NCBI GenBank assembly: GCA_964522525.1
Contig: CAZFWG010000003.1
Coordinates: 22,067-86,066 of the forward strand
Reading direction: 5' to 3'
DNA from: an uncultured Alphaproteobacteria bacterium
GTDB lineage: Bacteria > Pseudomonadota > Alphaproteobacteria > JAJFIK01
Length of the DNA stretch: 64,000 bases
Shown here piece after piece: positions 56,652 through 64,000 of this stretch; position 1 is the stretch's first letter; every line of letters starts with the position of its first letter. The notes below the pieces were generated by a model that saw nothing but the letters and a program-made list of their open reading frames with translations, searched no databases and was not told where the DNA came from. A program made the translations under genes and the position numbers.

Positions 56652-57563
56652 ATGGATCTCGCATCCCTCACCCGCAGCGCCGGCCTGGTCATGCTTTTGG
56701 CCCTCGGCACGGTCGCACAGGCTCAGGAACCGGAAGCCATCTACCGGCATGTGTCGGACGGTCCCCGTGCCGTGAATTCCTTCCTGATTGAAACGCCGAG
56801 CGGCATCATTCTGGTCGACGCCCAGGGCCGGCTGTCCGAGGCCCGACGCATCGTCCGCACCATTGAAAGCCTCGAAAAGCCGCTCCATGCGGTCCTGATC
56901 ACCCAGGCGCATCCGGACCGCTATGCCGGGCTGCCCGCGCTGCTTGAGAGCTTTCCCGAAGCGGTGGTCTATGCCGATGAGGAAGCCGTGCGGGAAATGG
57001 CGTTCGATTCCTCCGGTCTGATGGCGGCGGCCCGCGAAGCCGCGCCGCTCGACACGCCCGAATTCGTGCCGCAGCCTAATCGGCGCTTTGCGGATGGCGA
57101 TGTCCTCAACTTCGAGGAAATCCAATTCGTCATTGATCAGATTGCCGACACCGGCGCGTCTACGGTGAGTCTGGTGCATCTGCCCCAAAGCAATCGGCTC
57201 TTCACAGGCGCGCTTCTGACGCCCGGCGTTGTCCCAGATCTGGCAGCGTATCGGACGGGCGCTTGGCTCAACCATCTGCAAAGACTGTCCGATGCCTATG
57301 GCGAAAACAGGCCTCAACTGTTTCCCGGCCACGGACAACCGGGCCCCTTTGAGGACCTGCTCCGTGAACAGATAACCGAGCTTCTGCTGGTCCGGTATCT
57401 GGTCGGCAGCCGGCTTCGCGCGGGCCCGGTGACACCGGAGCTGATCACCGAGATCGCGGCCAGCTACCGCCGCCTGTCCCCCAATCGCCGCGCGGCAAGC
57501 GCGACGCCGGGCCTGCTCACCACCAATATTCGTGCGGTGGCGGAAGAATTGGGAGGGAGCTGA
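56652..57563 (+). CDS. Exported MBL-fold protein with degenerate metal-binding motif
   Basis: VNSFLI...ILVDAQ, TQAHPDRY (canonical THxHxDH), FTGAL (canonical FTGDL) and PGHG. Confidence 0.8.
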   Translation: MDLASLTRSAGLVMLLALGTVAQAQEPEAIYRHVSDGPRAVNSFLIETPSGIILVDAQGRLSEARRIVRTIESLEKPLHAVLITQAHPDRYAGLPALLESFPEAVVYADEEAVREMAFDSSGLMAAAREAAPLDTPEFVPQPNRRFADGDVLNFEEIQFVIDQIADTGASTVSLVHLPQSNRLFTGALLTPGVVPDLAAYRTGAWLNHLQRLSDAYGENRPQLFPGHGQPGPFEDLLREQITELLLVRYLVGSRLRAGPVTPELITEIAASYRRLSPNRRAASATPGLLTTNIRAVAEELGGS

Positions 57564-57565
57564 CA

Positions 57566-57587
57566 GAAGGGCCGTTCACGGCCCTTC
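57566..57587. terminator. Hairpin between convergent genes
   Basis: Perfect inverted repeat GAAGGGCCGT-TC-ACGGCCCTTC. Confidence 0.55.
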
Positions 57588-57589
57588 CT

Positions 57590-58363
57590 TCAGGCGGGTT
57601 CGACGACCTTGCGGTAGAGGTGCCAGGTCGCATGGCCGAGGATCGGCAGGACCACCGCAAGTCCCATCATCACCAGGGCGAAACCGACGGCGAGCCCCGT
57701 CACCAGAATCAGTCCCCAGACCATCATGGTCACCGGATTGCCGAGCACGGCGCGTGCCGAGGTTCCCATGGCCGTGAAAGCACTCACGGGCCGGTCCAGA
57801 ACCATGGGGAAGGACACGGCCGACATCATCAGGACGGCAAGCGCAAAGAAAAAGCCGACCACATTGCCGACGATGAGAAGCTGCATGCCTTCGGGCGTAC
57901 TGAACACCTGGGCGATCAGATCACGAATGGACGGCGGCAAGTCGGGGCCCAGGGTCTGGTCATAAATGACCTGAGCGGCCGCCAGCCAGAGGGCGAAGAT
58001 CACGAGCAGAACGCCCGTCAGGAACAGGATCGTCAAGATCGCGTCCTTGCGGATGCCCGTCAGCACCGCCGACCAGGAAAAATCGAGGCCCATTTCCCGG
58101 CGCCGGCTCAGCTCATAGAAGGCGAGTGCGGCGCTCGGACCCACCAGCGAAAACCCCGCCCCAAGCGGAAAGATGAGCGGCCATCGCTCCTCCTGGATCA
58201 GGAGGAACCACAAGACCACGCCAAAGAGCGGATACATGATGGCCAGAAACACAATGTGACTGGGTTTGGCATTGAAGTCGCTCAGACCCTTCGACAGGGC
58301 GTCAAACAGGTCATTTATCCCAATGCGCCGGACAACCGGCTGGGCCGTCTGTTCAACCATCAT
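57590..58363 (-). CDS. DUF2189 domain membrane protein
   Basis: GF.LVGP..A...YELSRRRE, VSFPMVLDR, TS.RAV..NP and PILGHATWHLYRK. Confidence 0.9.
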   Translation of the reverse strand: MMVEQTAQPVVRRIGINDLFDALSKGLSDFNAKPSHIVFLAIMYPLFGVVLWFLLIQEERWPLIFPLGAGFSLVGPSAALAFYELSRRREMGLDFSWSAVLTGIRKDAILTILFLTGVLLVIFALWLAAAQVIYDQTLGPDLPPSIRDLIAQVFSTPEGMQLLIVGNVVGFFFALAVLMMSAVSFPMVLDRPVSAFTAMGTSARAVLGNPVTMMVWGLILVTGLAVGFALVMMGLAVVLPILGHATWHLYRKVVEPA

Positions 58364-58439
58364 TCTCTCCCGACTCAGAGTTTGGCGACCATGGTTCTTG
58401 TGACTATGGGCCGCACCGTCGCACAGGGTCTGGGCTGAT

Positions 58440-58453
58440 TTGCCCTAGATCAA
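58440..58453. promoter_or_regulatory. FNR/FixK-like box
   Basis: TTGCCCTAGATCAA matches TTG(A/C)-N6-(T/G)CAA, 77 bp upstream of the DUF2189 ATG. Confidence 0.55.
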
Positions 58454-58936
58454 TGCCGACTGCGAAAGTGTGTCGCGATCGGCGGGGACTGTCCAGACAC
58501 TCTCCTTGGCGCGGGGAAGCCCCCATTCCGGAGGACTTCGCTCGCGTCATTTTGGCACATCCGGGCCCATACGGACCATGAAATAACGGGAGGATACAGG
58601 GATGGCGCGAGCTGTCTTAAGGCAACGCCCGCCTCGATGGCGCCGTTAACACCGCAAGAGCTAAACGCCTTGCCAAAGACGCGACAAAACTTCACTGTAC
58701 GAAAAAAGGCGAGGAGAGGTTCACCCGCGACGCGACAATAAGCGGCGTGAGCGTTCTGGGGAGAATGATTCGGATGATCCGCGTTTCTCGATGATCCGAG
58801 GTTGATGCCCAACCGGGCCGAAACCGAATGATGCGCGTTCCCGGTCTCCGCATCGCTCGCGGAGACACCTCCCCGGTTCCGGATCCCTGATCCGGACCGT
58901 CGTCGACAGATTGTCTTGCGGGGAGGTCACGCAAAA

Positions 58937-59773
58937 ATGCTGATCGCGATCGTCATCATTCTCCTGGTCGTCGGGTCCATCATCTTCCACTTTCTCAGCC
59001 CCTGGTGGATGACACCGCTTGCTTCGAACTGGGTGGAACTGGACAACGCCCTCATCCTGACCTTCTGGATCACCGGGGTCGTTTTCATCGCGGTCAATCT
59101 GTTTCTGGCCTATGCCGTGTTGCGCTTCCGGCACCGGGAAGGTCAGGTTGCGGATTATGAACCGGAGAACTCCTCCCTCGAAAAATGGCTGACCGTGCTG
59201 ACAAGCATCGGCATTGCCGGTCTGCTCGCGCCCGGTCTCGCGGCCTGGCAGAGCTACATCTCCGTGCCGAAAGACGCGGCGGTCGTTGAAGTCATCGGGC
59301 AGCGCTGGCAATGGACCTACCGCTTTCCCGGCGCTGACGGTGTTCTGGGCACGGCGGACGGCCGGCTGATCGACAGCGCCCGTAATCCCTTCGGCCTCAA
59401 TCCAGGGGATCCTTTCGGCAAGGACGATATCCTGGTCAGCAGCAGCGAGCTTCATCTGCCCATCAACCAACCCTATAAATTCGTGCTGCGCTCGAAAGAC
59501 GTGTTGCACGATTTCTACATTCCCCATTTCAGGGCCAAGATGGACATGGTGCCCGGCACGGTGACCTATTTCTGGGCCGAGCCGACGCGTCTTGGCACCT
59601 TTGATGTTCTTTGTGCGGAATTGTGCGGCGTCGGCCACCACAGCATGAAGGGCACGGTGGTGGTCCAGGAACAGGCCGATTTCGAGGCGTGGCTGAGCGA
59701 ATGGCCCACCTTCGCCGATGAGTTCATTCCAGAAGATACCGATGAGACGACCGGAGACTCCGGCACCAGCTAA
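58937..59773 (+). CDS. coxM: Cytochrome c oxidase subunit II (CoxM-type)
   Basis: QRWQWTY, DVLHDF and the CuA motif CAELCGVGHHSM. GGGAGG RBS. Confidence 0.9.
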   Translation: MLIAIVIILLVVGSIIFHFLSPWWMTPLASNWVELDNALILTFWITGVVFIAVNLFLAYAVLRFRHREGQVADYEPENSSLEKWLTVLTSIGIAGLLAPGLAAWQSYISVPKDAAVVEVIGQRWQWTYRFPGADGVLGTADGRLIDSARNPFGLNPGDPFGKDDILVSSSELHLPINQPYKFVLRSKDVLHDFYIPHFRAKMDMVPGTVTYFWAEPTRLGTFDVLCAELCGVGHHSMKGTVVVQEQADFEAWLSEWPTFADEFIPEDTDETTGDSGTS

Positions 59774-59821
59774 GACTGAGTGCCCGAGCCCATCCGATAG
59801 GCAGCGACCTGGAGGCCGTGA

Positions 59822-61567
59822 ATGGCATATGCAACAATCGCCGATGACGTAAAGCCGCTCCATCACCCCCACAGCTTCGTGGCGAAATACATCTGGAGCC
59901 AGGATCACAAAGTGATTGCCATCCAGTATTCGCTGACCGCCATCAGCATCGGGCTCGTGGCGCTGGTCCTGTCCGGCATCATGCGTCTTCAACTGGGCTT
60001 TCCCGGAACCTTCTCCTTCATCGATCCGGAGCTTTATTTCCAGTCCGTGACCATGCACGGCATGATCATGGTGGTGTATATGCTCACCGCCCTGCTGCTC
60101 GGCGGCTTCGGCAATTACTTCATTCCGCTGATGATCGGCGCACGGGACATGGTGTTCCCTTACGTCAACATGCTGAGCTTCTGGTTCTATCTCGTGTCCG
60201 TGCTCATCCTGGTGGCGAGCTTTTTCGTCCCCGGCGGCCCCACGGGCGCCGGCTGGACGCTCTATCCGCCCCAGGCCATCACGGAAGGCACGCCCGGGCA
60301 TGGCGGCGGCATCATCCTGATGCTGGCCTCCCTCGCCGTCTTCATCGTCGCCTTCACCATGGGCGGTCTCAACTATGTCACCACCGTCCTTCAGGCGCGC
60401 ACCAAGGGCATGACCCTGATGCGTATGCCCTGCACGGTCTGGGGCATTTTCGTCGCCAGCATCCTGGGCCTGTTCGCCTTCCCCGCCCTGTTCGTGGCGG
60501 CCATCATGATGGCCCTCGACAGCATTCTGGGCACGAGCTTCTTCATGCCCTCCTCGGTCGCGCTCGGCGAACAGCTTGACCATTCCGGCGGCAGTCCGAT
60601 CCTGTTCCAGCACCTGTTCTGGTTCTTCGGTCACCCGGAAGTCTATATCGTCGCCCTGCCCGCCTTCGGCATCGTGTCCGACCTGATCAGCACCCACGCC
60701 CGCAAGAACATTTTCGGCTATCGCATGATGGTCTGGGCGATCGTGATCATCGGTGTCTTGAGCTTTTTCGTCTGGGCCCACCACATGTATGTCAGCGGGA
60801 TGACGCCGTTTTTCGGCTATTTCTTCGCGGCCTCGACCCTGATCATCGCGGTGCCCACGGCCATCAAGGTTTATAACTGGGTGCTGACCTTGTGGCGCGG
60901 CGACATCCATCTGCGCGTGCCCATGCTGTTCGCCATCGGTTTCATCTTCACCTTCGTCCATGGCGGCCTGACGGGACTCTTCCTCGGCAATGTGAGCGTC
61001 GACGTGCCCCTTTCCGACACCTATTTCGTGGTCGGCCATTTCCACATGGTGATGGGCGTCTCGCCGGTGCTCGTCATTTTCGGCGCGATCTACCACTGGT
61101 ATCCGAAAATCACGGGGCGGATGTGGAACACGACCCTTGGCCAGCTCCATTTCTGGATCACGTTCCTCGGCACCTATGTGATTTATCTGCCGATGCACTA
61201 TCTGGGCATTCTGGGCGTGCCACGGCGCTACTACGCCATGCCGGAAACGACTTTCGTGCCGCCCTCGGCCGAGATCGCCAATCAGGTGATCACCGTCGCC
61301 GCCCTCGTGGTGGCCGCGGCCCAGCTCCTGTTCTTCTACAACATGTTCATGAGCCTCGTCCGTGGGCCGAAGGCCGACCCCAACCCGTGGAACGCCACCT
61401 CCCTTGAGTGGCAGACGCCGCAGACGCCGCCCGAACATGGCAATTGGGGCGACAAGCTGCCCACGGTCTATCGCTGGGCCTATGACTACAGCGTACCGGG
61501 CGCGGCTCAGGATTTCATTCCGCAGAATGTGCCGCCCGATGGCCAGGCAAAACCCCACCCCACCTGA
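59822..61567 (+). CDS. coxN: Cytochrome c oxidase subunit I (A1-type, CoxN-like)
   Basis: DHKVIAIQY, TMHGMIMV, WFFGHPEVY, WAHHMY and VGHFHMV. Confidence 0.93.
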   Translation: MAYATIADDVKPLHHPHSFVAKYIWSQDHKVIAIQYSLTAISIGLVALVLSGIMRLQLGFPGTFSFIDPELYFQSVTMHGMIMVVYMLTALLLGGFGNYFIPLMIGARDMVFPYVNMLSFWFYLVSVLILVASFFVPGGPTGAGWTLYPPQAITEGTPGHGGGIILMLASLAVFIVAFTMGGLNYVTTVLQARTKGMTLMRMPCTVWGIFVASILGLFAFPALFVAAIMMALDSILGTSFFMPSSVALGEQLDHSGGSPILFQHLFWFFGHPEVYIVALPAFGIVSDLISTHARKNIFGYRMMVWAIVIIGVLSFFVWAHHMYVSGMTPFFGYFFAASTLIIAVPTAIKVYNWVLTLWRGDIHLRVPMLFAIGFIFTFVHGGLTGLFLGNVSVDVPLSDTYFVVGHFHMVMGVSPVLVIFGAIYHWYPKITGRMWNTTLGQLHFWITFLGTYVIYLPMHYLGILGVPRRYYAMPETTFVPPSAEIANQVITVAALVVAAAQLLFFYNMFMSLVRGPKADPNPWNATSLEWQTPQTPPEHGNWGDKLPTVYRWAYDYSVPGAAQDFIPQNVPPDGQAKPHPT

Positions 61568-61601
61568 GCAGGGCCCCGATAAGGGAAACGCCGATGGCGG
61601 C

Positions 61602-61627
61602 GGGCCTGGCCCAAGGAAGCCAGGCCC
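61602..61627 (+). other. Intercistronic stem-loop between subunit I and subunit III genes
   Basis: GGGCCTGGC-N8-GCCAGGCCC, a perfect 9-bp stem with no U-tract. Confidence 0.5.
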
Positions 61628-61670
61628 TCGACAACCGGACGAACAAGACCGGGCAGAGAAGGAAACGGGT

Positions 61671-62363
61671 GTGAACGTGTTCGCGACATTGCTGGAAAAG
61701 CCCTGGGAGAATCCCGGTCTCGATCCGTCAGCGGAAGAGACGGGCTTGCGGACCCGTGCCCCGGCCTCGATTGGGCTCAACATCTATATGGCGGTGATGA
61801 CGGTGATCTTCTCCATCCTCATCGTCACCTATGTCCTGCGCATGGGGAACTATGCCGCCGACGCCGAACCGGTCAGCAATGCCCTGCCCTCCTGGAGCCT
61901 TCTTGCGCTTTGCGGCATTCCGCCGGCCAGGGACTGGCTGCCCATGCCGGAGCCTCTCCTTTTGTGGCTGAACACGGCGGTCCTCATCGCCAGCAGCGTT
62001 GCCTGGCAGGGTGCCCGCCGCTTGAGCCGCGAGGGCGAGACGAACCGTCTGCGGACTTATCTCTTTGTCGGCGGCGCCCTCGGGCTCCTGTTCCTTGGGG
62101 GACAGATCGCGGCCTGGTTGGAGCTGAACGCCGCCGGATATTTCCTGGGCAGCAATCCCGCGAACGCCTTTTTCTATGTGCTCACCGCCGTCCACGGCGC
62201 CCATATGCTGGGCGGCGTCTTTGTCTGGGGCCGCACTGTCACGAGGCTGATCGGCGGGGCCGATGCCGAACAGGTTCATCAGAGTGTCGATCTCAATGCC
62301 GTCTATTGGCACTATCTGCTTGTGGTTTGGATCGTGATGTTCGCCCTTCTTGTAATGACGTGA
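61671..62363 (+). CDS. coxO: Cytochrome c oxidase subunit III family (CoxO-type)
   Basis: GTG start after an AGAAGGA RBS; NT.VLI.SS, FFYVLTAVHGAH and YWHYL..VW. Confidence 0.85.
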   Translation: MNVFATLLEKPWENPGLDPSAEETGLRTRAPASIGLNIYMAVMTVIFSILIVTYVLRMGNYAADAEPVSNALPSWSLLALCGIPPARDWLPMPEPLLLWLNTAVLIASSVAWQGARRLSREGETNRLRTYLFVGGALGLLFLGGQIAAWLELNAAGYFLGSNPANAFFYVLTAVHGAHMLGGVFVWGRTVTRLIGGADAEQVHQSVDLNAVYWHYLLVVWIVMFALLVMT

Positions 62364-62416
62364 GATGAGACGGCCGGTCCGGGACCGGTGCCTTCGCCCC
62401 TTATTCATGACGTGGT

Positions 62417-63109
62417 ATGACGATGTCGCAGACGCATAATACGACCGCCGCCGAAAGCATTCATGACCTGAAAGCTTTCACCTCGGACTGGGCCACCGAT
62501 GAGGAAGTCTTCAAGAAGACTCATTGGGGGAAGGTCATGATGTGGATCTTCCTGGTCAGCGACACCTTCATCTTCGGCTCCTTCCTCACGGGCTATATGA
62601 CGGTGCGGGCGTCGACGACGACGAACTGGCCCAACACCAGCGAAGTCTTCGCCCTGACCCTGTTCGGCCAGCACATCCCCCTGGTCCTGATCGCGATCAT
62701 GACCTTCATCCTGATCAGCAGCAGCGGCACCATGGCGATGGCGGTCAATTTCGGCTACCGCAAGAACCGGCGCGTCACCGCTTTCCTCATTCTGCTGACG
62801 GCCCTGTTCGGCGCCTCCTTTGTCGGCATGCAGGCCTTTGAATGGTCAAAGCTGATCGAGGAAGGCGTGCGCCCGTGGGGCAACCCGTTCGGGGCGCCGC
62901 AGTTCGGGGCGATCTTCTTCATGATCACCGGCTTTCACGGTCTGCATGTTTCCATCGGTGTGCTCTATCTGGCCATCATCGGCTGGAAGGTCTGGCGGGG
63001 GGACTATGACAAGACCGGGGATTACGCGCCCGTCGAGATCGCGGGCCTCGATTGGCACTTCGTCGAGCTCGTCTGGGTCTTCATCTTTGCCTTGTTCTAT
63101 TTGTGGTGA
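62417..63109 (+). CDS. coxP: Cytochrome c oxidase subunit III family (CoxP-type)
   Basis: MMWIFLVSDTFIF, FFMITGFHGLHV and WHFVELVWVFIF. Confidence 0.88.
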   Translation: MTMSQTHNTTAAESIHDLKAFTSDWATDEEVFKKTHWGKVMMWIFLVSDTFIFGSFLTGYMTVRASTTTNWPNTSEVFALTLFGQHIPLVLIAIMTFILISSSGTMAMAVNFGYRKNRRVTAFLILLTALFGASFVGMQAFEWSKLIEEGVRPWGNPFGAPQFGAIFFMITGFHGLHVSIGVLYLAIIGWKVWRGDYDKTGDYAPVEIAGLDWHFVELVWVFIFALFYLW

Positions 63110-63115
63110 GGGGGT

Positions 63116-63514
63116 GTGATGGTAGATGCCGAAGACCAACAACATCCCCTCGGGGTCTATTTCAAGGTTTGGGGCTACCTCTTTATCCTCAGCCTGCTGT
63201 CCTACATGGTCGACTACTACCAGTTCCAGGGCGTATTGAGGTGGACGCTGATCCTGATCTTCATGTTCCTGAAGGCCGGACTGATCATCGCCGTCTTCAT
63301 GCATATGGTCTGGGAACGGGTCTCGCTCATCTATGCGATCCTGGTGCCGCCCCTGGCGCTCGGCGCGCTCGTCTTCTTCATGGCCGTCGAGTCCGACTAT
63401 ACGTTCTGGACCAGGATCATCTTTGCCGGTGAAGACGAGCAGATCGAGGCGGATCATGGCGCCCATGGCGGGGCCCATGGTTCCGAGAAACACGGCACCA
63501 CGGACGAACACTAG
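63116..63514 (+). CDS. Cytochrome c oxidase subunit IV family (CoxQ-type)
   Basis: HPLGVYFKVWG.LF.LS and LKAGLIIAVFMHM.WER. Confidence 0.85.
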   Translation: MMVDAEDQQHPLGVYFKVWGYLFILSLLSYMVDYYQFQGVLRWTLILIFMFLKAGLIIAVFMHMVWERVSLIYAILVPPLALGALVFFMAVESDYTFWTRIIFAGEDEQIEADHGAHGGAHGSEKHGTTDEH

Positions 63515-63574
63515 AGAAGATAACGGGGCATGCCGGGCAACCGGTGCCTGAGGATTGGAAGCGGGTAAACTCCC

Positions 63575-64000
63575 ATGGACATTTTCGAATGGACCAAGAT
63601 CATCGTCGCCCTGGCCATTGCCGTGACGGCGGCATTGACCATCAAGGTCATTGGTGACCTGGCCTTCTTCAAGGCACCGGCCGTCGAGGCATCCTATGAC
63701 GTGGTCGAGGATGAGACGATGCCGCTCGACCTGGAGGGCGTGCAGCGGGATTGGCCCAACACGGCCAGCGGCCGGCGCAACCGTTCGACCCTGCTCAATG
63801 TCATGCGCGACATCGAGAACGCTCCGGTCGAGGCCGATGCGGGCGGCGCGGGGCCGAGCCGCCCGGCGGCGCCGGAGGTCGATTTCGCGAGCCTGCTGGT
63901 CGATGCCGATGCGGAGAGCGGACGGCGCGCGGCGGGCCAGTGCACGGCCTGTCACACCTTCGAGGAAGGGGGCCGCCACAATGTCGGACCCAATCTCTGG
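63575..64000 (+). CDS. Membrane-anchored class I cytochrome c (CycM-like), truncated by the window end
   Basis: Translated by hand: MDIFEWTKIIVALAIAV...GRRAAGQCTACHTFEEGGRHNVGPNLW, containing CxxCH. Absent from the ORF track because it has no stop in the window. Confidence 0.9.
   Translation, partial: MDIFEWTKIIVALAIAVTAALTIKVIGDLAFFKAPAVEASYDVVEDETMPLDLEGVQRDWPNTASGRRNRSTLLNVMRDIENAPVEADAGGAGPSRPAAPEVDFASLLVDADAESGRRAAGQCTACHTFEEGGRHNVGPNLW

Noticed and set aside
58721-61783. 1020-aa minus-strand ORF
   Set aside because: It is antisense to the clearly real oxidase subunit II and I genes. Long shadow ORFs are expected opposite GC3-rich genes, and it shows no recognisable motifs.
1-64000. 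CRISPR array, IS element or prophage
   Set aside because: I saw no regularly spaced direct repeats, transposase, integrase, terminal inverted repeats or phage structural genes. The RusA-like gene alone is not evidence of a prophage.

Overview
A GC-rich chromosomal segment from an alphaproteobacterium, inferred from the nadE-gltX-cysS and glmU/gph/tRNA-Val neighbourhoods and from CtrA- and FixK-like boxes. It is mostly housekeeping and metabolic: cysS, gltX, nadE, class II DAHP synthase, gor, rpiA, glmU, several acyl-CoA dehydrogenases, an RND pump, proW/proV, an MCP, cobT/cobS, and a coxMNOPQ-type alternative aa3 oxidase operon followed by a truncated cytochrome c. I saw no integrase, transposase or CRISPR array. 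Five features stand out. (1) A two-gene insert between glmU and rpiA: an intact RusA-type nuclease plus a REase(AHJR-like)-HEPN fusion whose two catalytic motifs both look dead. (2) An orphan curli-accessory pair (CsgH-like and CsgF-like, with no csgG/csgA/csgB) just downstream of tRNA-Val. (3) A secreted silk-like GxGxxx hexad-repeat protein directly upstream of an OmpR-type two-component system. (4) An unlisted 33-aa membrane protein with its own RBS and terminator. (5) A secreted metallo-beta-lactamase-fold protein with eroded metal ligands. All family assignments come from motif recognition by eye; no database was searched.
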